Assembly (NCBI GenBank): GCA_015065005.1
Contig: SVRE01000001.1
Span: forward strand, 10,593-74,592
DNA length: 64,000 bases
Source: Oscillospiraceae bacterium
GTDB lineage: Bacteria; Bacillota; Clostridia; Oscillospirales; CAG-272
Reading direction: 5' to 3'
Numbering within the stretch: position 1 is the first letter of the stretch; each line of letters starts with the position of its first letter. The position numbers were made by a program, and so were the translations under genes. The notes beneath the pieces were generated by a model. It was given only the letters and a program-made list of their open reading frames with translations, was not told the DNA's origin and made no database searches. Positions 9,534 to 19,089 of the stretch are shown here, one piece after another.

Positions 9534-9685
9534 AATAACAAATCTCTCCTTTTTGTCATTTATTATATTTTACCATCTTATTTTATTCTTGTCAATAGTT
9601 AAAATATGTGTTGACAATGGCTAATTGTAATGATAAAATACAATAAGAAAAGAAATTCCTTTTTATTAATATTTTGGAGGCTTTT

Positions 9686-10921
9686 ATGGAAAAGGTTAGA
9701 ATGGGTATAATCGGCTTTGGCTGTCGCGCTTACGGTATGATGGACATACTGCTTGGCTTTGATGATGTGGAAATTACAGCCGTTTGTGATAAATATGAGG
9801 ACAGGCGTGATAATGCGCAGAAAAGAGTAACCGAGAAAAAGGGAAATGTTCCCTTTGCAACCACTGATTACAAGGCGCTTTTGGCACGTGAGGATGTTGA
9901 TGCGGTTTATATCGCTACTGACTGGGAAATGCATTTCCCGATTGCAATAGATTCAATGCGCGCAGGCAAGGCGGTTGCCTTGGAGGTTGGCGGCGCATAC
10001 TGCGTACAGGATTGCTATGATCTTGTTTCCGCTTGGGAGGAAACAAAAACACCGTTTATGTTTATGGAAAATTGCTGTTATAACAGAGATGAGCTTCTTG
10101 CTACCGCTATGGTAAGGAAGGGTCTTTTCGGCAAGATTGTTCATTGCTCCGGCGCTTACGCCCACGACCTTCGCGGCGAGGTAACGGGCGGCAAGGAAAA
10201 CAGGCACTACCGTTTAAGAAACTATTTAAACAGAAACTGTGAGAACTACCCAACACACGAGCTTGGTCCTATGGCTAAGATCCTTGACATTAACAGGGGT
10301 AACCAAATGGTTTCTCTTGTTTCTATGGCAACCCTTTCCTGGGGTATGGAGCAGTATGTTGAGGACAGGCGTGACACAATTAACCCCGACCTTATCGGTG
10401 CTGATTTTGCACAGGGCGACATTATACATACTCTTATCAAGTGTGCAAACGGTGAAACAATGATGCTTAAGCTTGATACATCCTTGCCACGCTCTTATTC
10501 AAGAGAATTTCAGGTAAGAGGAACAAAGGGCCTTTACGAGCAGGATACAAATACCGCATATTTTGACGGTCAGCCTGAGTATTGGTCACGTGTTGAGTAT
10601 GTTGAAAAGTATAAGAACTCTGCTGAAAAATACAAGTCTATGCTGCCTGATGCTTGGCAGGTTATAACCCAGGAGGCTCTTGATGCAGGCCATGGCGGAA
10701 TGGACTACGTTGAATTACGTGAGTTTGTTGACAGGCTTAAGGACGGACGTGAAATGGCAATAGACGTTTATGATGCGGCTGCCTGGATGGTTGTTACCTG
10801 CTTGTCTGAGGAGTCAATTAAGCAGGGTGGCGCTGTTATGCAAATTCCTGACTTTACAAAGGGAGCTTGGAAAACAAGACCGTCACAGGACGTGCTTGCT
10901 TTTAATGAGTACAAGGAATGA
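9686..10921 (+). CDS. Gfo/Idh/MocA family oxidoreductase (GH109-like NAD-dependent glycosidase type)
   Basis: GGAGG precedes ATG 9686. MEKVRMGIIGFGCRAYG Rossmann N-terminus, about 410 aa. Confidence 0.7.
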   Translation: MEKVRMGIIGFGCRAYGMMDILLGFDDVEITAVCDKYEDRRDNAQKRVTEKKGNVPFATTDYKALLAREDVDAVYIATDWEMHFPIAIDSMRAGKAVALEVGGAYCVQDCYDLVSAWEETKTPFMFMENCCYNRDELLATAMVRKGLFGKIVHCSGAYAHDLRGEVTGGKENRHYRLRNYLNRNCENYPTHELGPMAKILDINRGNQMVSLVSMATLSWGMEQYVEDRRDTINPDLIGADFAQGDIIHTLIKCANGETMMLKLDTSLPRSYSREFQVRGTKGLYEQDTNTAYFDGQPEYWSRVEYVEKYKNSAEKYKSMLPDAWQVITQEALDAGHGGMDYVELREFVDRLKDGREMAIDVYDAAAWMVVTCLSEESIKQGGAVMQIPDFTKGAWKTRPSQDVLAFNEYKE

Positions 10922-11595
10922 TGAAAAAAAGAACAATACTTTTATTCTTGGTAGGTATTTTGTCTCTTATTCTTTTGATTTCGTGCAGCTGTGACAAGGA
11001 GGAAAGGACTGATTTTGAGGTTGAATTTCAGACCTATGTTGATAACATAGCAATCCCTTCACAGAATGTGGGAATAGATGGGTATGTTACTTATCCAACA
11101 GCTGAAATGAAAAGACCGGGCTATAACTTTAAGGGCTGGTATCTTGGTGAGAAAAAGTGGGACTTTGAGAAGGATACCGTAACAAAGGATATGACCTTGA
11201 CGGCAAAATGGGAGGCTTATCTTTCCTATGCTGAGGCAAAGGATACAAGCGGCGGACTTTGGGTTGTGGGTTGTGATTTTAAAACAACTGAGATTGTAAT
11301 CCCAAGTGAGCATAACGGTAGAAAAGTAACGGGAATTTACTGGGCATTTGCCGGAAGAACAAAGATAAAGAGCATTGAAATTCCGGACACAGTTACCTAT
11401 ATAAGCTCAAAGGCGTTTAATAAATGTGAGTCTCTTGAAAGCATTACTATACCGAAAGGTGTAGCTACAATCGGGCCGGGTGCCTTTAGCCTTTGCGACA
11501 GCCTTAAGGAGATTTGTTGTGAGGCAGAGGAAAAGCCACAGGGCTGGCATGAGAACTTTAACATGACTGAGGCACAGGTAAGCTTTAATAAATAG
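10918..11595 (+). CDS. BspA-type LRR lipoprotein with Listeria-Bacteroides repeat (short paralog of 3709-5082)
   Basis: MMKKRTILLFLVGILSLILLISCSC lipobox. PGYNFKGWY...MTLTAKW repeat. LRR_5 units. C-terminal CEAEEKPQGW matches CEAQEKPEGW of the 3709 gene. Confidence 0.75.
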   Translation: MMKKRTILLFLVGILSLILLISCSCDKEERTDFEVEFQTYVDNIAIPSQNVGIDGYVTYPTAEMKRPGYNFKGWYLGEKKWDFEKDTVTKDMTLTAKWEAYLSYAEAKDTSGGLWVVGCDFKTTEIVIPSEHNGRKVTGIYWAFAGRTKIKSIEIPDTVTYISSKAFNKCESLESITIPKGVATIGPGAFSLCDSLKEICCEAEEKPQGWHENFNMTEAQVSFNK

Positions 11596-11629
11596 AAAAA
11601 ATTGGCTATCGTTTTGATAGCCTTTTTTA
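11596..11629 (+). terminator. rho-independent terminator
   Basis: GGCTATC-GTTTT-GATAGCC followed by TTTTTT. Confidence 0.75.
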
Positions 11630-11743
11630 TTGTATTTGGTTAAACTATTTATTGGTTTTCATTGACAAACAGAAAATTTTCTGCTATTATGTATAGCAGA
11701 CTATTTCCTTGAGGCGCACAGAACGAAAGGAGATAATCAAAAT

Positions 11744-13111
11744 ATGGGAAAATATTTTGGCACGGATGGCTTCCGCGGTGAGGCGGGAGTCAGTCTAAAT
11801 TCGGAGCATGCCTATAAAATCGGTAGATTTTTGGGCTGGTACTACGGCCGTGACGGAAAGCGCGTGCGCGCGGTAATCGGCAAGGACACAAGGCGCTCAA
11901 GCTATATGTTTGAGTATGCTATTGCCTCAGGTCTTGCTGCAAGCGGTGCGGATGCGTATATGCTACACGTTACTACCACTCCGAGTGTATCTTATGCTAC
12001 AAGCGGGGATGATTTTGATTGCGGAATTATGATTTCCGCCAGTCACAATCCCTTCTATGACAACGGTATAAAGATTGTAAATTCAAGGGGCGAAAAGCTG
12101 GATGATTTAACAATTTCTAAAATTGAAATGTATCTTGACGGCAATCTTAAGGAATTGGGTATAGAAACCGAGGATATTCCTTATGCTAAGGGTGCAGGCA
12201 TTGGAGAAATTGTTGATTATTCCGCAGGCAGAAACAGGTATATCGGTTATTTGATTTCCTTGTCACGCCATTCATTTAAGCATATCAAGGTTGGTCTTGA
12301 CTGTGCAAACGGCGGCGCTTGGATGATTGCAAAAAGCGTTTTTGATGCTTTGGGCGCAAAGACCTATACTATTAATGCTGAGCCAAACGGCTTGAACATC
12401 AATCACGAGGCGGGCTCTACCCACATTGAGCAGCTTTGCAAATATGTTAAGGAAAACAACCTTGACATAGGCTTTGCCTTTGACGGTGATGCAGACAGAT
12501 GTATTGCTGTTGACGAAAAGGGTGAGGTTGTTAACGGCGACCATATTCTTTATATTTTGGGAACCTACTATAAGAATAGGGACTGTCTTGCAAACAATAC
12601 CGTGGTTACTACCATTATGTCTAATCTTGGCTTATATCGCGCACTTGATGATGCGGGCATTAAGTATGAGCAAACAACTGTCGGTGACAGGTTTGTTTAT
12701 GAAAATATGCAGGCAAACGGACATCAATTGGGCGGTGAGCAGTCAGGACACATTATTCTTTCCAAGTACGCAACCACAGGTGACGGTATTCTTACCGCCA
12801 TTAAGGTTATGGAGGCGGTAATTGAATCAAAGGGCACGCTTTCCAAGCTGAAGGCTCCCGTTATGATGCTGCCACAGGTTATTAAAAACGTACGTGTAGA
12901 GAACAAGCAAGCTGTTAAGGACAATTCGGCTGTTCAAAAAGAGGTTGAGGCAGTGAAATTGCTTCTTGGCAACAAGGGCAGAATTCTTCTTCGCGAAAGC
13001 GGAACAGAGCCATTAATTCGTGTAATGGTTGAGGCTGTAAGTGAGGAGGAGTGCAACGAATGTGTTGACAGAGTGGTTGATGTTATAAGAGGGGAGGGCT
13101 TAGCAAGGTGA
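11744..13111 (+). CDS. glmM: phosphoglucosamine mutase
   Basis: MGKYFGTDGFRG start, active-site loop ISASHNPFYDNGIK, 455 aa. Confidence 0.95.
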   Translation: MGKYFGTDGFRGEAGVSLNSEHAYKIGRFLGWYYGRDGKRVRAVIGKDTRRSSYMFEYAIASGLAASGADAYMLHVTTTPSVSYATSGDDFDCGIMISASHNPFYDNGIKIVNSRGEKLDDLTISKIEMYLDGNLKELGIETEDIPYAKGAGIGEIVDYSAGRNRYIGYLISLSRHSFKHIKVGLDCANGGAWMIAKSVFDALGAKTYTINAEPNGLNINHEAGSTHIEQLCKYVKENNLDIGFAFDGDADRCIAVDEKGEVVNGDHILYILGTYYKNRDCLANNTVVTTIMSNLGLYRALDDAGIKYEQTTVGDRFVYENMQANGHQLGGEQSGHIILSKYATTGDGILTAIKVMEAVIESKGTLSKLKAPVMMLPQVIKNVRVENKQAVKDNSAVQKEVEAVKLLLGNKGRILLRESGTEPLIRVMVEAVSEEECNECVDRVVDVIRGEGLAR

Positions 13112-13133
13112 GCCTTCACCGCTAAGAGTTGAT

Positions 13134-13823
13134 ATGGCTAACGATATTAAAGAGGCAATGAAGACAAAAAGCCTTTATGCCTACCCTGAACATTCAATTG
13201 CTTATCCGTTAATAGCTCAGTTTGAGTATCCTTGGCAGGCGCTTTCCTCCATTTCTTCATTTATTTTGGAAATAGGTAAGAGCTTGTCAGCTGAGGAATA
13301 CGAAAAAATCGGAGAAAATATCTGGATAGCAAAATCCGCAAAGGTTGCACCAAGCGCATATATCGGCGGCCCTGCCATTATCGGCAAGGGGGCTGAGGTA
13401 AGGCACTGTGCCTTTATACGTGGCAGTGCAATAGTTGGCGAGGGTGCAGTTGTTGGAAATTCAACTGAACTCAAAAACTGTATTCTCTTTGACGGTGTAC
13501 AGGTGCCGCACTATAACTATGTGGGGGATTCCATACTTGGATATAAATCACATATGGGTGCAGGCAGTATAACCTCCAATGTAAAAAGCGACAAAACGCC
13601 CGTTAGTGTCCACGCTTCGGGGCAGGGCATTGAAACAGGCCTGAAAAAGTTTGGCGCTATGCTTGGAGATTACGTTGAAGTGGGCTGTAACAGCGTACTC
13701 AATCCCGGCACGGTTGTTGGCAGTGGCTCTAACATTTATCCATTATCAAGTGTCAGGGGCTTTGTGCCACCGAACTGTATTCACAAAACAAGAGAAAATA
13801 TTGTACAAAAAAGGAAAAATTAA
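13134..13823 (+). CDS. left-handed beta-helix (hexapeptide-repeat) protein, GlmU C-terminal acetyltransferase-like
   Basis: Hexapeptide repeats IGGPAIIGKGAEVRHCAFIRGSAIVGEGAVVGNSTELKNCILFDGVQV. Lies between glmM and glmS. Confidence 0.6.
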   Translation: MANDIKEAMKTKSLYAYPEHSIAYPLIAQFEYPWQALSSISSFILEIGKSLSAEEYEKIGENIWIAKSAKVAPSAYIGGPAIIGKGAEVRHCAFIRGSAIVGEGAVVGNSTELKNCILFDGVQVPHYNYVGDSILGYKSHMGAGSITSNVKSDKTPVSVHASGQGIETGLKKFGAMLGDYVEVGCNSVLNPGTVVGSGSNIYPLSSVRGFVPPNCIHKTRENIVQKRKN

Positions 13824-13882
13824 TCAGATTCACTAATTTAGCGCCTCATAGTGACAAGGTCTCCTTTAAATCAAGGTTATGA

Positions 13883-14115
13883 TAGCGCCAGACCACGGTG
13901 AAGGGGTGTTGGAAAACACCTATAACAAAGGACGTTAAAATGCGTTGTGTGGTTAACGAGGTAAGAGGTTATCGATTTTTCGGCGGATGCCTCTTCGGTG
14001 CTTACAGGCATCGTTAATAACATATTAAATATGCGAGTAATTGCAAAACAAGGTGTGTTATAAATTATTAATATTAATACAAGGAAGGACAGGGGACGCT
14101 TACAGCCCAAGTCGT
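13883..14115 (+). ncRNA. glmS ribozyme: glmS glucosamine-6-phosphate-activated ribozyme
   Basis: A/GCGCCAGA cleavage-site motif at 13884-13892. The core AACGAGGTAAGAGGTTATCGATTTTTCGGCGGATGCCTCTTCGG matches the B. subtilis core GACGAGGACGGAGGGUUAUCGAAUUUUCGGCGGAUGCCUCCCGG. Sits directly upstream of glmS. The 3' boundary is approximate. Confidence 0.85.
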
Positions 14116-14137
14116 TTCCCTGTTTTAATGGTTAATT

Positions 14138-15955
14138 ATGTGTGGAATAATTGGTTATACGGGCTTCGAGGAAGCAACCGGCAAGGTCACCTGTGGCCTT
14201 GAAATTTTAGAATATCGCGGATACGATTCTGTTGGCATTTGCGCCAAGGGTCAGGATGGTATCAAGCTTTTAAAAACAAAGGGTAGAGTGAGTAGCTTAA
14301 ATGAGGCTCTATCCAAATCTCCCATTGACAGCGCCTTTTGTGCCATAGGGCACACAAGATGGGCAACACACGGTGCGCCATCTGACACAAATGCCCACCC
14401 CCATAATGTGGGTAGGACCTATTTGGTTCACAACGGCATTATTGAAAATTATAAGGAGCTGAAGGCGGAGCTTGAAAAGGGCGGAGTTAAATTCTTGTCT
14501 GAAACGGATACAGAGGTTGGCTGCGCTTTGATTAATAAGTATTATGAAGAGGGTTGTGACCCGCATACAGCAATTTTAAAGGCCACCGGCTTTATGCATG
14601 GCTCCTATGCCTTTGCTATTATGTTTGAGGGTGAGGACAACACTATTTATGCGGTAAGAAAGGGTAGCCCCTTGATTATTGCAAAGGGCATTGACGGTTA
14701 TTATCTTGCATCAGACCTGACTGCCTTGTTACCGTTTACAAAGGTTTACTGCTCCTTGAATGAGGGTGAGGTTGTTCGCCTGACGAAGGACGGCGCCTTT
14801 ATATTCAACAAGGGTGAGCCTGATTGGAAGGTAACAAATATGAGCTTTGAATCCGCAAAAAAGGGCGGATACGACCATTTTATGCTTAAGGAAATGAACG
14901 AGCAGCCAAATGCAATTAAAAACGCCTTGTCCCCAAGGATAAAGGACGGCTTGCCCGATTTTTCCTGTGACGGTATAGATGACAGCTTTTTTGAGGATAT
15001 AAAGGAAATCCATATCGTTGCCTGTGGCTCGGCAATGCACGCAGGGCTTTTGGCGGCCCCTATAATTGAGGGGCTTTGTATGGTGCCCTGCCGCTCATAT
15101 ATTGCATCGGAATACAGATATAACCCACCGTTTACACAAAAGGGTACATTGGTTATTATCGTTTCACAATCCGGTGAAACGGCGGATAGCTTGGCGTCCT
15201 TGCGCTATGCAAAAAGCCAGGGCTTGAAAACCCTGGGAATTGTAAATGCGGTTGAAACAACTATTGCAAGGGAAGCGGATTTTTGCGCCTATACCTATGC
15301 AGGACCGGAAATTGCGGTTGCCACCACAAAGGGATATACCACCCAGGCTTCATTGCTTTATTTATTTGCTGTTGCTATGTCCTTTAAAAAGGGCATAACT
15401 GACAAGGAAAATGCAAAATCCTTGACAGAGTGTCTGTTTTTTGAAGCTCCACAGGTTGTTGAGCAAACACTTGAAAGGGGCGAGGAGATAAAGGCAATCG
15501 CTAAAGAAATTTATGAAAGCCAGAGCATTTTTTACATTGGCAGGGGTCTTGATTACGCTTTGTCACAGGAGGCATCACTTAAGCTTAAGGAAATTTCCTA
15601 TGTTCATTGTGAGGCTTACGCGGCAGGAGAGCTTAAGCACGGTACAATTTCATTGATTGAAAGGGGTACACCTGTTATTGCCATTGCAACAGAGGAGGCT
15701 CTCTTTGACAAAATGGACAGCAATATCAAAGAGGTTAAAAGCCGTGGGTCACACACTGTGCTTATTTGCACTGACAAAATGGAAAATGCGCACGCTTGTG
15801 CGGACCGTGTGTTTGTTTTGCCAAGGTCCAGCCGAATAGGCGGCATTTTCGGGGCGATTTTAGCCGTTCAGATGATAGCTTATGAGGTGGCGCGCTTACG
15901 TGGCTGCGACATAGATAAGCCAAGAAACCTTGCCAAAAGCGTAACGGTGGAGTAA
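14138..15955 (+). CDS. glmS: glutamine--fructose-6-phosphate aminotransferase (isomerizing)
   Basis: MCGIIGY N-terminal Cys nucleophile, two SIS domains, C-terminal KSVTVE, 605 aa. Confidence 0.97.
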   Translation: MCGIIGYTGFEEATGKVTCGLEILEYRGYDSVGICAKGQDGIKLLKTKGRVSSLNEALSKSPIDSAFCAIGHTRWATHGAPSDTNAHPHNVGRTYLVHNGIIENYKELKAELEKGGVKFLSETDTEVGCALINKYYEEGCDPHTAILKATGFMHGSYAFAIMFEGEDNTIYAVRKGSPLIIAKGIDGYYLASDLTALLPFTKVYCSLNEGEVVRLTKDGAFIFNKGEPDWKVTNMSFESAKKGGYDHFMLKEMNEQPNAIKNALSPRIKDGLPDFSCDGIDDSFFEDIKEIHIVACGSAMHAGLLAAPIIEGLCMVPCRSYIASEYRYNPPFTQKGTLVIIVSQSGETADSLASLRYAKSQGLKTLGIVNAVETTIAREADFCAYTYAGPEIAVATTKGYTTQASLLYLFAVAMSFKKGITDKENAKSLTECLFFEAPQVVEQTLERGEEIKAIAKEIYESQSIFYIGRGLDYALSQEASLKLKEISYVHCEAYAAGELKHGTISLIERGTPVIAIATEEALFDKMDSNIKEVKSRGSHTVLICTDKMENAHACADRVFVLPRSSRIGGIFGAILAVQMIAYEVARLRGCDIDKPRNLAKSVTVE

Positions 15956-16009
15956 GCAAACCGATTATCTGACAGGGAGCTGTTTGCGCAACCGATGCTC
16001 CAAATCCCC

Positions 16010-16160
16010 TTGACAAACAGGCAAAAGTGTGATAGTATAAATATACTATTCACAAAGGAAGGTATTTAAAAAATGGACGAGGGCGGGTGTAGTACCATAG
16101 CTCACTTTATATAAAATATAAGCATTGCCTATTGAAATATATAGGTAATGCTTTTTTGTC
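16010..16160 (+). promoter_or_regulatory. leader unit: promoter, 13-codon mini-ORF (16073-16114, MDEGGCSTIAHFI) and intrinsic terminator upstream of the CNNM gene
   Basis: TTGACA (16010-16015), 17 nt, TAGTAT. RBS AAAGGAAGG, 8 nt, ATG 16073. 12-bp stem AGCATTGCCTAT/ATAGGTAATGCT (16121-16152) followed by TTTTTT. No obvious promoter between the terminator and TTG 16200. Confidence 0.4.
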
Positions 16161-16199
16161 GTTTTTACTGTTTGTCAATTAAGAAAGGATGTTATTAAA

Positions 16200-17519
16200 T
16201 TGTTAGGCGCAATTATTTTACAAATTATACTTATTATATTAAATGCAATTTTTGCAAGCTCGGAGATTGCTATTATTTCTGCCAACAGGGCAGGAATTGA
16301 AAAGCTTGCGAGTGAAAAAAACAGGAGTGCCAAAATGATTTTGGCGCTGACAAAAAATCCGTCAAAGTTTTTGTCAACCATACAGGTTGCAATAACCTTG
16401 TCCGCACTTTTAGGCTCCGCTTATGCAGCGGACAGCTTCGCTTCTCCATTGGTAGAGCTTCTTATAAATGCAGGTGTGGGCATTGACCCGGATACAATCA
16501 ACAGCCTTTGCGTGCTTTTGATTACTATCATTTTGTCATTTTTCAGTATTGTTTTCGGTGAGCTTGTGCCAAAGAGAATGGCTATGAAAAATCCACAAAA
16601 GACCGCTTTGCGCGTAGCTCCGCTTTTGTATGTGGTATCCGTTATTTTCAAGCCCTTTGTTTGGGTGCTTACAAAAACAACAAACGGTATTTTAAAGCTT
16701 TTGAGAATTAACCCGAATGAGCAGAATGATGCGGTTACTGAGGAAGAAATAAGGATTATGCTGAAGGATAGCTCGGACAAGGGTGAGATTGACTCCATAG
16801 AAAATGAGCTTATACAAAACGTATTTGAGTTTGACGATATCTCTATTTTGGAGATTTGCACCCACCGAAAGGATGTACATATATTATACACGGATGATTC
16901 CTTTGCAGAATGGAAAAAAACCATATCGCAAACAAGGCATAGCTTTTATCCCGTTTGCGGTGAAAATGCCGATGACGTGGTTGGAATTTTGAATATTAAA
17001 CGCTTTTTCCGCCTTGGCTGTCAAAGCATAGAGAGCGCCATGGCGCAGGCGGTTGAAAAGCCGTATTTTGTGCCTGAAAATATGAAGGCGGATATGCTTT
17101 TTGCGGAAATGAAAAAGTCACGAAACTACTATGCGGTTGTTGTGGACGAATACGGCGGAACAAGCGGTATAGTTACAATGCACGACCTTTTAGAGGTGCT
17201 TGTCGGCGATTTGAACGATAAGGACGATGTGGTAACTGTTGATATCAAGAGAATGGCTGACGGACGTTACCAAATTCTCGGTTCGGCATTTTTAGAGGAT
17301 GTGGAAAAGGAGCTTGAGCTTGAATTTGAGGAGTGCGAGTACGATACCTTTGGCGGTTACATTATGGGTATTTTGGGTACAGTGCCTGAGGACGGAAGCC
17401 GACTGGAATTGGAAACGGACAGTCTTTTTATCAATATAGTTAAAATTGATGAGCATAGAATTGAAAAAACAATAGTTACTAAAAAGGAAATATTAAAAGA
17501 GGAAGAAGAGGAAGAGTAA
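16200..17519 (+). CDS. hemolysin/CNNM family protein (DUF21 + CBS pair + CorC_HlyC; putative Mg2+/Co2+ efflux)
   Basis: TTG start. N-terminal LNAIFASSEIAIISAN DUF21 membrane domain, CBS region and a CorC-type C-terminus. Confidence 0.8.
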   Translation: MLGAIILQIILIILNAIFASSEIAIISANRAGIEKLASEKNRSAKMILALTKNPSKFLSTIQVAITLSALLGSAYAADSFASPLVELLINAGVGIDPDTINSLCVLLITIILSFFSIVFGELVPKRMAMKNPQKTALRVAPLLYVVSVIFKPFVWVLTKTTNGILKLLRINPNEQNDAVTEEEIRIMLKDSSDKGEIDSIENELIQNVFEFDDISILEICTHRKDVHILYTDDSFAEWKKTISQTRHSFYPVCGENADDVVGILNIKRFFRLGCQSIESAMAQAVEKPYFVPENMKADMLFAEMKKSRNYYAVVVDEYGGTSGIVTMHDLLEVLVGDLNDKDDVVTVDIKRMADGRYQILGSAFLEDVEKELELEFEECEYDTFGGYIMGILGTVPEDGSRLELETDSLFINIVKIDEHRIEKTIVTKKEILKEEEEEE

Positions 17520-18047
17520 ATGGAACTGACAAGGGCAATTGAAGAAAGAAGAAGTATTAGAAAATACGCACCCTGTGTTGTTAAAAAAGAGGAAATTGAG
17601 GAGCTTGTGGCAAGCGCACAGCTTGCTCCCTCGTGGAAAAATTCACAAACTGCAAGGTTTTATGTAGCTCTGAGCGATGAGATTAAGGAAAAGGTAAGGG
17701 GTAGCCTTGCCAGCTTTAATTACGAAAGGACAGAAAACGCAGGAGCATTTATCGTAACAACCGTTGTTCACGGTATAAGCGGTTATACTGCCCAGGGGGA
17801 AACACACCTTGGCAACGGATTTGAGTGCTTTGATAATGGCTTGGCGGTGGAAAACCTGCTTCTAAAGGCTACCGAAATGGGTTACGGTACTCTTATTATG
17901 GGACTTTACAAGGAGGACAAAATTCGCGAGCTTTTTGGAATACCCGATGAGGAAAATGTGGTTGTTGTAATTGCCCTTGGCAAGGCAGACATTGAGCCCG
18001 AAATGCCACAAAGAAAAGAAATAGAGGGCATTTTAAAGATTTTTTAA
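17520..18047 (+). CDS. nitroreductase family protein
   Basis: AIEERRSIRKY motif, 175 aa, abuts the upstream stop. Confidence 0.8.
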   Translation: MELTRAIEERRSIRKYAPCVVKKEEIEELVASAQLAPSWKNSQTARFYVALSDEIKEKVRGSLASFNYERTENAGAFIVTTVVHGISGYTAQGETHLGNGFECFDNGLAVENLLLKATEMGYGTLIMGLYKEDKIRELFGIPDEENVVVVIALGKADIEPEMPQRKEIEGILKIF

Positions 18048-18057
18048 TTGTAAAATA

Positions 18058-18091
18058 AAATCACCCCTCGGTTTTTCCGAGGGGTGATTCT
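18058..18091. terminator. bidirectional terminator
   Basis: AATCACCCCTCGG-TTTTT-CCGAGGGGTGATT. Confidence 0.75.
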
Positions 18092-18118
18092 TATGTTACG
18101 TTACTTGCTTGTTTTATG

Positions 18119-19036
18119 TTATGATATTTGCATCTCTCTATTTAATTTTTTTGGCTTGCTTGGGATTTGCGACAAAACCACGGCAACAAGCATTAAGCCA
18201 CAGCCGATTAATATTTTTGTTGTTGGTATTTGGCTCTCGATTATACACTCTGCAATTACGGCAAATAAGGCTTCTAAAGAGCAGAAAAGAGCGCATACCG
18301 TTGGGTTTCCGTTCCTTTGGCCAAGCATTTGGCAGGTGTAGGCAACGCCTGCTGAAAAGATGCCGCAATAAATAATAGGGAAAAGAGTTAAGCTGATTCC
18401 CTCTGTTGTTATTGTGCCAAAGGTCAAGCCGCAAATTGTGCTTAAAACGCCTGTAACAAGGAATTGTATGCAGGAAAAGAGAAGTGGGTTAACCTTTTTT
18501 GCTCCCTTGTCAAAAACGATAATGTGCAAAGCAAAAAAGACCGCGCAGATAAGAAGAAGCAAATCTCCCAAGGAAACGGCGCCGAAGCCGTTTGAGAAGG
18601 AGAGAAAATAAAGCCCTGCAACCGCAAAGGGCAAGGCAATTATCATAAAGACAGAGGGTCTTTCTTTAAAGAATGATATTATTGCCACGAAAACTAAATA
18701 TAAGCTTGTAATAAAGCCTGCCTTTCCGCTTTCCCCTGTTAACTCAATACCAAACTGTTGAAATGAGCTGGCGGTGAACAAAACAAGGCCTGCCAACGCT
18801 CCCCATTTAACTGTGGAAACTATCCTTTGTCGGGAGTGGTCAGCTTTTCTTTCAAAAATAAGAACAATGGGAACAAGCGCCAAAGCGGCAACAAGCATCC
18901 TGAAGCCGCCAAAGCCGAAGGTATCAAGCAGATCTGAGTTGCGTGAGGCGATTTCCTGTATAGGAAATGCGGTTCCCCAAACTATTGCCGAAATCAGGCA
19001 TAAGGGGGATGAAGATATTTTTTTCTTTTCTTTCAT
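18119..19036 (-). CDS. DMT superfamily (EamA) transporter
   Basis: 305 aa, about 10 TM helices, with the duplicated EamA-like halves pattern. Confidence 0.75.
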   Translation of the reverse strand: MKEKKKISSSPLCLISAIVWGTAFPIQEIASRNSDLLDTFGFGGFRMLVAALALVPIVLIFERKADHSRQRIVSTVKWGALAGLVLFTASSFQQFGIELTGESGKAGFITSLYLVFVAIISFFKERPSVFMIIALPFAVAGLYFLSFSNGFGAVSLGDLLLLICAVFFALHIIVFDKGAKKVNPLLFSCIQFLVTGVLSTICGLTFGTITTEGISLTLFPIIYCGIFSAGVAYTCQMLGQRNGNPTVCALFCSLEALFAVIAECIIESQIPTTKILIGCGLMLVAVVLSQIPSKPKKLNREMQIS

Positions 19037-19089
19037 TTTATAATTTCGCTCATTTCATATGGACAGCTAAGCTCCATAAATTTCTGCGC

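Noticed and set aside
16421-16924. 167-aa minus-strand ORF inside the CNNM gene.
   Set aside because: It is antisense to a gene with clear DUF21/CBS family features, so it is a spurious shadow ORF.
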